Translations under genes and position numbers: made by a program
Shown here: one piece after another, positions 54,605 through 64,000 of the stretch
Numbering within the stretch: position 1 is the first letter of the stretch
Layout: the number at the start of each line of letters is the position of its first letter
NCBI GenBank assembly: GCA_040954595.2
Contig: CM082577.2
Coordinates: 9,635,846 to 9,699,845 of the forward strand
Length of the DNA: 64,000 nt
Source of the DNA: Balanoglossus misakiensis
Taxonomy: Eukaryota; Animalia; Hemichordata
Reading direction: 5' to 3'
The notes under the pieces: model-generated
What the model saw: only the letters and a program-made list of their open reading frames with translations
Database searches by the model: none
What the model was told of the DNA's origin: nothing

Positions 54605-54742
54605 TTAAGAAACAGTAGCTGTAACTTCTGACAATTTTTGTCATTAAGTAGACTTTTTTTATTATGATCTCTGGAAAACGAAAATGAAGTTGACTCAAGA
54701 CAGAAACTAAATTATCAGAAATTACAGCTATTGTCCCTTTAA
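54605..54742. mobile_element. Short TTAA-flanked MITE related to family C
   Basis: TTAAGAAACAGTAGCTGTAACTTCTGACAATTT versus AAATTATCAGAAATTACAGCTATTGTCCCTTTAA (imperfect ~33-bp inverted repeat). Confidence 0.7.
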
Positions 54743-56704
54743 AGCCAAAGTTACAAGAATACAGTATAATACAAGGCTCCGAGAAATACAGTATAATACA
54801 CGGACAACTTTGGTGCAGGTGGGTGAGGGACATAACCTGTGATATATCCCATGACACAACTCAGAACAGAGCCACAGAAATATGCTCTGTTTTCTGCTCC
54901 ACAGAACTGGTAAAGTCGTTTATTTTTGTCCCAGTCTTAGAGTTTGGAGTTAGTGAAGCTGCGGAGTTGCGTTTTCGAAAGTGTGTATCGACGATGACAG
55001 ATGGAGATGAGGGACAATGGAGGGAGGGATGGAGGGAGAGGATAAACATGGGTTTGTTTTCATGGAACTTGTTAGTATACTCACATGTGTTGCAACATAC
55101 TCCATGCTATGAGCCTGGTGTGTGCATGAAATAAAAGTCCATGTCTGTGGGTTTTGTTTTAGTTGTTTTTAGAAAACATGGGATATACCAAAGGAAGTGG
55201 GGTTAAAAACAAGGAACAAGAACAATGAACCACTGTGAAAAAAACGAAACTCTGAGTCTTCGAAAAATTTGAGATAAAAAAGCAGTTAGTTGGATTGCAT
55301 ATATTTCTCTCCCTCTGAGTCTATGTTCCCCAACGCCAAAATACCCGTTTTCACAACATGCATTTTCAAAGTGGTCCTGTGCTCGACAACAAAACACCAA
55401 AACACCAACAACACACAGACAAGTAATCACCATGACAACAGAAAACAACCACCACAACGTGCAATGTAATGCATGATGAGTTCGTCTACCAACCTTACGT
55501 AGTGAAGTGACAGAATTTTAGGAATGTTTTTTTTTTATTTACTTATAGGAAAGCAGCCCTGCACGCCGAGAGGAGAAAGAGAGAGATTGAATGAGGCATG
55601 AGTTTTGATGATGAGGAATGCTGTAAATAGTCAGAATGGGTCATTAATGACACAGATATGGTCCACATGTCATGCAACATACAAGTTTCAACTGTCGAAC
55701 ACACACGACACAAAAACAGATTTTGAAAGCTGCATTGCCACAAATCTTCATCAATAACTACTTTCGATATGTGAAAAATAAATTCTCAAAGTTTCAAAAC
55801 AGACAGCTCTGGTTAAGAAGGGTCTCTCTATTAGTAGCACATATGTGACAGTTAGGGTGTATTTTTCACTCGGACAGAGTATTTCTCAACTGATGAGCGA
55901 ACTGCCCCAATACAGCTTTACCCCATGACTTGAAACTCCGAAGACACAACATGATAGATGTCTCAACCCAACTCGCACGCACACACACACATCTTCAAAA
56001 CAATAAAACCGACAAAATGTACACATCCATGCAAAATGCATGCATGTCAAGATTGCAAACAGATATGGCCGTAGGGTTGTGAGTTTGTATGTTGATGCTG
56101 ATTGAGTTGACAATGGAAAAAATGGTATGTTGGGGAAATCTAAATGTTGACATGTTAGTGAGATAAAAGGCAAAATGATGGAAGAGTACATGTATTAGAA
56201 TTTTTGATTCTGCTGTGACTGTAAAAAAGCCCAACAAGTCCCTAGAAATTTTTGTAGTGTTTGCACATTTCCATCAAGTATAGAAACTATATACACGTAT
56301 AATGAGAATTTCCAACACTGTAGAGCATGTGTCAAACCACTATCGCCTTCATCTTTGATTTGCAACATGTGCAGGTATAGAATCTTCATTTGTATACAAT
56401 AATACAACACGTCTGGTTAAAGATCCAATTTTCCAATTTTTACGGAACCTAATGTTTGGCTCGGGCAGAGTGATTCAAAATGAAAATGTTTCTGGAAAAA
56501 CATCCACACTTTTCTCAAAGCTGGGTCTGAGCCCAGAATTACGCCAAACTGGACAGGTAAACATATATAACAGAGACACACATTAATCTCAAGGTGGTAA
56601 AACCACTACTGGCCCAGTACAACATGTAGTGTCTGTAGGACGTCAGAGCGTAAGGTAGTATTTCCTCAAAAATCGAAGTCTTAAACTTTGACAGTTTTAC
56701 TTAC

Positions 56705-56822
56705 TGGTGTTCTCTCTTCATGGCTTCAATCGTCTCGCTGACATTCCCATTACCACGAGAATGTAATTTTGCTCTTTCTCTCTCCAACTCCTCCTCGTGT
56801 CTCTTTGTTGCTGATTTCAGAG
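56705..56822 (-). CDS. MPRIP: MPRIP/TRIOBP/outspread-like exon
   Basis: catcag| ... |gtaagt, phase 1 to 2; ALKSATKRHEEELEREKAKL...IEAMKREH (translated by hand). Confidence 0.85.
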
Positions 56823-57176
56823 CTGATGAGGGGGGAACAGTCAATTTTTTATTTTATTAATGAAAATTAACTTCTTTTTATGATGAACACATATGACAAG
56901 AATTCTATGGAAACCACGCAAAGTTTCATGTGAAAAGTCTCTTGTGGCAGTGTATATCTGCACAATCAAAGTGTTGAATTTTACTTTGAAATTTGACAAA
57001 AGTAACGTTTTATCAACCTCCTCCCTTCACAAACATTGCATAGTAAGATTTTCCACATGCAATATTGCATGTTTGGAATCTTGCTAATGTTAGCAACTGA
57101 TGCATGCACTGAATCCTATAGTCATCATAATAAATAACGACTGTGCTATTTTTCACTTGTGCTATTTTTCACTCAC

Positions 57177-57324
57177 CCAGTAATGTGGCTTCTGTTTCCT
57201 GAGAAAGCATCCTATCCCTCTCTTGTTTCAGTTTCTCAATCTCTTCTTGGTCTCGTCTACGGAGTTTGTCAACTGCTTCCCTGTGTGCTTGCTGCGCCCT
57301 CTTCAGTACGATGTCATCTCCTCC
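57177..57324 (-). CDS. MPRIP: MPRIP/TRIOBP/outspread-like exon
   Basis: ttcccag| ... G|gtgagt; QEEIEKLKQERDRMLSQETEATL resembles MPRIP ELEKLREEKDRLLAEETAAT. Confidence 0.87.
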
Positions 57325-57666
57325 CTGGGAAAGATGAGTGAGTACACAATTAAGAATACTGCTACGGCAGAGCATACCTCTGAAGGATTACATTTAGTGT
57401 CTCCTATTTCACTTTTTTCCATGTTAAAACAGAGCCACAGTTATCTCATAGGCTTTTCTTTGTTTCCTATCCATCCGTCGAAAGTGGTAATAGCTGTACA
57501 GTAACTTGCGATACTGTTTCAGTATTTTCATTCAGTACAGCAAATGTAGTTTCTCATTCTACTTCAAATAGATTCAAAGAGTTGTTGCAATTTGCAAAAT
57601 TCTTTCAAAGGAATGATTTTCTTATATTTCACGTTATAACTCATTTTTCATTTCATTTCCACTTAC

Positions 57667-60600
57667 CAAAAACTGCTCAAGCCCCTTCTCGTATTTTTCC
57701 CTGAGCGCCGCCACCAGCGACTGTTGAGGTAGTTGTGCGTGTTGCTGGGGCGACGACTCCGCGTGCACGGGCGGCTCCGACTGGACGTTGTTCACCATCT
57801 GCGACATCTTGACGGCCTGCAGGTCGTTCTCGTGGAGTTCGGCGAAGTTGTCCAGCTTCTCCTCGTACTCGTTTCTCAGATCCTCCACTTCCAGTCGGTG
57901 CTCCTGCCTCATCCGGGAAACCTCCTCGCCGTGGCGCTGCCGGATCCTTTCGACGGCCTCCTCGTTCCTCTGCTCCAGCTCCTCGATCTTGTACCGCTGG
58001 TCGTCGCGGATCCGGCTGAACTCCCGCTGGTAGCGCTTCTCCAGCTCCGCCTCGAACCTCTCCTTCTCCCTGTTCGCGGCGACCACCTGCTCGTCGTGCC
58101 GATGCTCCAGCTGGCGCACCCTCCGCTCCTGGCTCTCCCGCAGCTTGGCGATCTCCTCCTCGTAGTTCTCCTGCAGGTGCGACATCCTCTTCTCGTTCTC
58201 CACCTTCACCTTGCTGAGCCGCTGCTCGTACTCCCGCCGCACGTTGGCGATCTTCTGCTCCGACGGCGACTTCAGCTGCGGCGAGCACGGCTCGGAGCCC
58301 TCCCCCGACGACCGCTCCTCGCACTCCCTCCGGAGCCTGTTGATCTCCACGTCGTACTTCGCCTTCAGCTCCAGTATCTCCTTCTGGAAGTCCTCCTCCA
58401 GCTGCGTCATGTCGTCCTCCAGGTCCTTGATCTTCTCCTCGCAGCCCTTCTCGATCCTGGCGACCTCTTCTTCGTGTTTCTCCTGCAGCTCCTTGACCTC
58501 GCTCTCGTGGAGCTCCTTCATGTCCAGCATGTGGGTCTCGGCGTCTTTCAGTTTCTCCTCGCACTCCTCGCCCAGCCGCCTCAACACGTCCTCCTGTCGG
58601 TCCTTCAGGCTCTGCACGTCCTCCTGCAGCTGGTGCCCGTCTTCCAACTCCCGGCACCGCTCCTGGAGTTCCTTCACCTCGCTCTCGTGCATTTCCCTGA
58701 AATCCAAGTACTCGGTGTTGAGCTCGCTCAACCTCGCTTCGTAGTCCTCCCTCACCCTCCTGAGTTTCTCCTCGTACCCTTGCTTCAACGCGACAATTTC
58801 CTCTTCTTTTTGGCGGAGGGCGTCGTCGTGTTTATCTTGAAGATCGTTGACGTCGCTCTCGTGCTGTTCCTTCAAATCTAAAACATCGGTCACCATGTTG
58901 TTCAACTGTTCTTCGTACTGTAGCCTCGTCTGAACGAGCATCTCTTCGTGCTTCTCCTTCAGGTCGTTGATTTCCTCCTGCTGCAAATCGGCGATTTCTT
59001 CCGAAGCGTCAGAGATTCTCTGTTCGCATTCTTCGGTGACTCGTTGCAGGTCTTTCTCGTGTTTCAGTTTCAAGGAGGCCAGTTCCTCCTCTTTGCTCTT
59101 CTCCGCACTCTCTGTCAGTTCTCCCACTTTCAGATTGTGCTCCTCCACGATCTTGTTGAGTTCCTCTTCGTACTTCCCTTGCAGATCCGTCGTCTCCTTC
59201 TCGTGCGCTCGAACCTGCTGGGAGACGCTCTCGTCCCGCTTCTGGTTCAGGAGCTCTATCTCCCTGGTGTGCTTTTGCCTCATTTCGTCCATTTGCGATT
59301 CCTGTTTCTCCTTCAGCTTCTCCATCACGTCCGTTATGGTGTCCACTTCCTTGATGTGTTCGTCGGTCTTCAGCTCCAGGGTTTCCATGGTGACGTTGAG
59401 CTTTTCTTTGGTTTTGTCTAACTCCTCTGTGAGATGCCTCACCCGCCTGGCTGTCATCTCCTCGACTTGTTCGTTGAGGTCATCTTCCAGAGTGAACTGG
59501 ATTTCTGGATTGCCAGTCTTCTGGGAGAACTTGTCCTTTCCCTTCATGTCCTTCAGAAGGTTCCCCAGTTCCGACTTGGTCCTGTCCAGCTCCTCCTGGA
59601 ATTTCCTCATCACCTTGGCCTGCTCCTCCCTCTCGTCCCGGATGATGGCTTCGTACCTCTCCCGGACGCTGCCGATGTTCCTGGCGTGCTCCATGGTGAT
59701 GGTCTCGATGACCTTGCCGTTGGAGACCTTCTCGTAGGCCTCGTGCAGGGCCTGCAGTTGCTCCTTCTGCTCGCTCTGCAGCTTGTTCACGATGTACATG
59801 AGCTCGGCCTGGAAGATGGCCCTCTGCGCCAACATCTCCGCGTAGTCGTCCATGCTGCTGCACTTGGCCAGAAGCCGCTCGGGGTAAACAAGGCCGTCTC
59901 CTTTATTCGTGTAGAGGGACAGAGCAGACAGACTGTGCCGTCTGTGCTGTGGTTTGACATTGTGGCGCACGGCGTGCTGGCCGTCCACCCAGCCTGCCAT
60001 GTGGTTAGTGATGACAGCGCGCCTGGCGACAATGTCTATAAACTTATTCATGAGTTCGTGGTTGAAGAGCGGTCCGACACCTTCTTCGTTGTGTTCCTCC
60101 TGCCGTCCCTTCTGCCTCAGTTTGTCCAGTTCCGTCTCGTACCGGCCTTTGATCTCCCCGATCACGAGGCTCATCTCGTCCCGGATGGAGTGCTCGATGT
60201 CGGCGTACTTCCTTTCCGCCACCTGCCTCTGTATCTTCAGCATCTGCATGCAGCTGGCTCGCTCCATGTTGATCTCTTTCTCGTACATCTCCATGACCCT
60301 CTGCAGGATGCGTATCATCTCGGCTCGGACAATCTCGCCAGATGCGTAGTCGTTAGCGAACCGCCTCGCCTCCTCTAGTTCGATCTGCTTTGCGATCGAG
60401 GCAAGCTCAGGTGAGTCAAGGGTAACACTCTGACCTGTGGTCTCTCCAGCAGACATCATTTCATCCGGGGCAAACGGGGTTTCAGGGCAATCGAACATTT
60501 CCTCAACCATCTCTTGCGACAGATCCTCTTTCACCAGCTCTCTCATTTCTTCCACTTTTCCTTCGTCGCACAGAGTCGTCAATTTCCTGAGCCTCACTTG

Positions 60601-63600
60601 CTGGTGTTCCAATCTGCTGTAGGCCTCGCTCAACTGGTGCTGTAAATCTTTGACTTTGGTCTCGATGACGTAGGTCATCTCTCCTTGCTTGAGCGCCTGT
60701 TCCGCCAGGCTCGACGCGAACTCCCCCACGTGGGAAGAATCGTCGTCCGACTGAGTTGACCCCGGGAGTGGCTCAGAAACGGCCCTCCTCGGAGAAGCGT
60801 TCCGCCTTGAGTTAAACATCTCTCCTTCTGAATCACTCTGTTCGTCTTTTTCAGATAACCTGTCCATGGCATTGACATCCTGCGTTCTGACTCTGGACAG
60901 GGTGGCACCTAAGGAACCCTGCATCAGAATACGGTTGGACAGCGTCGCTGCGAATTCCTCCACGGGGCTACTCGGCCGTGCGTCTTCCTTCTTTTCTTCG
61001 TCTTCCGGGACTTCCAATTTCACGGTTATCTGCTGATTCGCTCTCTCCTTCGCCTGCTGAAGTACAAACGCCACTTCCCCGAGTTTGACGGCCTTAAAGG
61101 CGAGCTTGTCCGCAAAATGTTCGATTCTTCGATTCCGCGCCGCCCTTTCATGAGTAACGATTTCCGTCTCTTTCTCCTGTAACCGTTCATCAGCCTGCAA
61201 CAGCTGATCTCTCAGAAGGTCGATGGTGGAATTCGCAGCGTCGTCCATACTTCTGAGACTGATATCCGATTTGGAAACAGATACATCCGAGGAGTAACTT
61301 TCCGCCGACAACTTCCTGAGGTCCGACCTGGTGCGGGTGACCTCCGGGATTTCCAACTCCGTGATTTCACCCTCTTGAACCTCGAGAGCCTGTTCGGCTC
61401 GCACTAGAGTGTCCTTTGTTTCTTGAACATGCCTTTCGACTTCAGTCAGAGCGTGTTCAAAATTGTCCAAGGCGTTCTTGTCGTACGAGGCCTTGTACCT
61501 CTGAACCCCTTGGAGGAAGTCGGAAATTTTCATTTTGGCGTCGGCGACATTCGTCTCCATACTCTCAAGTTTAAGTTCAAGTTCAGTCAGCTGATCGCTG
61601 ACCTCGCCCACAATCCTCGTCCTGATCGCGTGTTCTTGTTCTAACTGCTTTGACAGAGTCTCTAACTTGGCCTTACTGTCTCTGACCTGCTCTTTGAGTT
61701 TATTCTCGGAGACGCACTTGCTGTGGTACGCCTTTCTGTTGTCGAGTTCTTTCGTCGTCACGTCGACAAGCTTGGCAGTGATATTTTTCAATTTTTGCTC
61801 CGTGTCGAAAAGTTTGGATTCCAGCGACTTCATCCTCATCAGCCTTTTCTGCTTCGGGTTTTCCGACTTCACCCTGGGAAGTGAACTGTCGGAGTCGTCG
61901 GATTCGCTTCCGGTGCTCTCGGTGGACGGCTTCTTGTTCGTTGCTTTCTCGACTTTATTCGAAGAGCTGCTCGTTGCCGCGGCATTCGAAGCAGATTGGT
62001 TCTTGTTGTCTTGGCGACTGGCGACCGGGGGTTCGGCGCTGGTTTGGGCCATCTCCTCTCTGGAGGCGACCTTCTCCTCGACCGATCCGATTATCCCCTT
62101 GAGACTGTCCGTCTCCTCGTCCTGGGCCTTCAGCGTGCCCTCCACGTCGAAGAGTTTCAGTTCCAGCTCTTCCAGCTTGGATTCCAGCTCTCTGGAGGGC
62201 GTCTTGGAGACGCTGTAGGGATTGGCGCTGAGTTTCCTCTCCAGCCCCCCGACCCGTTTCTCACTCTCTCTGAGCTTGCGGTCCGAACTGGCGAGTTTCG
62301 TCGTCAGGTCCTGGATTCTGGTGCTCATTAAATCCATCTGCTCGTCGAAATTCGCCTTGGCTCGCCGGTTTTCCTCTTTAATCTGTAAATACTGGAGTTC
62401 CAGGTCATCATACGTGCTATTAGCCTCTCTGAGATCAGTTCTCAGCTTTTTTATTTCCTGCAGAGCACTTTCGTATTTTGTTTTTAGCTGCTTGATAGCC
62501 AACTCAGGACTGTCTGTTTCCTCTTCGGTGTCTTCTCTAGAAAGACTCGCTTCGAGAAAAGATATCCTGTTTCTCTTGTCATGGAGTCTCTTCTCGGCAC
62601 TGTCCACCTTCTTTTCTGCATCTTCAAGAGACTCTCTCAGTCCTTCGAGCTCTCTGCTCTTATCACTCATCTCTTCCTGGTGGGATTTCTTAAGCAAGTA
62701 CATCTCCTTCTCGAGCGTTGCAACGGTGTCCCTTAATTCCTCCACGCCTGGCACCGTATCAGTCAGCTTCTTTTCTTGTTCCTGCGACGGACTTTTCGAT
62801 TGCTGGAGCTGCCTCCTGAGTTGGGAGATCTCCACCGTCTGCTGGAGGATCTGCTCTTGTATGCTGCCTCTGTGGGTGTGACACTTGTCCAAGTCGCTGC
62901 TCAGTCTCTTGTTCTCGTCCAGCTTTTCCTGCAGTTTTGCATTGAGGTCTTCCAGCTCGGCAGTTTTGTCCTCGAGCGCCAGTTTCAGTTCGGATATCTC
63001 CTTCACGTTTTCCTCCAGCTGCTTTCTGGTGATCTCGTGTTCTTCTTGAAGCCGCTGTATCTGAGCCTTCAGATCGCTGACTTCATCAGAGCTTTGGTAC
63101 TGCTGCTGTTGAGTTGATCTGGTGTCTGGTTCTGACAGCTGGTCAGTGAGTTGAGCGACCCTGTCGGATTCCTCCTGAAGCGCCGCCTTCAGTTCCCCGA
63201 TTTCCCTGGCGCTCGCCTCGAGGTACTCCTCGGCCACAGCCTTGTCGGCGACGGCCTCGTCGAGCTTCTGCCTCAGGTTCCTGATCTTGTCTTTACTGCT
63301 GTCGTCGTCACCCGACTTGCCCTGCAGCGAGTAGTTCTGCTTCTGCAGGGTGTTCACCACGGCTTTCAATCGCTTCAGCTCCTCTTGTAAATGCAAACTG
63401 GCGTCGGTCTCCACCTGTAAATTGTTCAGTGCCTCCTTCAGTTTCCTCTCCGACTCCTCCAGCCGTTTGTCCAAGTCCGTCTTGGGCGTGGGCATGGCGA
63501 CGTCCATGGCGTCGCCTTGGAGACCCAGGGTCAACTCGGCCATCTTGCTCTCTGCTTCGTCAAGTTTTTCCTGCAGCTTCGACTTCTGCGTCATTTCTGT

Positions 63601-64000
63601 CTTCAGCTGGTGCAAGAGTTCCTCGATCTTGTCCTCCTGCTGGTGCCACTCTTCGTCGAGCTTCTCACTCTCCTTCCTGGCTCTCTGTTCCTTGAGGTTC
63701 TTCTCGTCCATCAGCTGGGCTACCTTTTCGTTGCTGAGCCGCAGTTTCTCCTCCAGCGCCTCTCGGTCGGCCTGGGCCTTGCCCTGCAGCCTGGAATACC
63801 GCTTCTCGAATCTCTCTTCGTTTTTTACGAGATCTTCTTCGCTGTCCTTCAGTCGCTGTTTGGCTTCTTCAAGCTTGGACGTCAGGTGCTCCATTTTGAC
63901 GTGCGTGGCTGGCCGCTGGTGAGATATCTCCAAATCGCCGATCAGTTTGTCTTTGGCGCCGATCTCCGCCTCTGCGGTCTTCAGCGCGTTTCTCAGGTCC
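57667..64000 (-). CDS. MPRIP: Giant coiled-coil exon of the MPRIP/TRIOBP/outspread-like gene (5' truncated by window)
   Basis: Frame open from the window end to a TTG|gtaagt donor at 57667 (over 2100 codons, E/K/L/Q-rich heptads); phase 0 matches the acceptor at 57324. Confidence 0.88.

Noticed and set aside
57677-63922. Long antisense and alternate-frame ORFs (up to 382 aa)
   Set aside because: Shadows of a GC3-rich, Glu/Lys/Leu-rich exon; Ser- or Leu-rich translations with no family resemblance.

Overview
Eukaryotic (animal) genomic DNA, probably an invertebrate deuterostome; this is inferred from protein similarity and repeat style only. Two spliced genes converge tail to tail. On + are eight exons of a peptide O-xylosyltransferase (XYLT/oxt, GT14) at 32586-38185; its 5' exon(s) were not found, so 1-32585 is probably a very large intron, and its last intron is GC-AG. 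On - is the 3' part of an MPRIP/TRIOBP/outspread-type coiled-coil gene, with a single exon of more than 6.3 kb running off the window end. Between them lies a near-homogeneous 88-bp satellite (about 67 units, 41803-47706) with an internal 1590-bp higher-order duplication, bracketed by a diverged ~97-bp direct repeat. Non-coding DNA carries several non-autonomous DNA-transposon families (TA-flanked Tc/pogo-like, TTAA-flanked Kolobok-like and piggyBac-like, Crypton-like hairpin elements). The most striking unexplained signal is a strong excess of TACATGTA and TACA(A/T)TGTA in non-coding DNA. The two satellite-flanking copies differ by exactly these motifs versus a plain TA, consistent with micro-insertion at TA sites.
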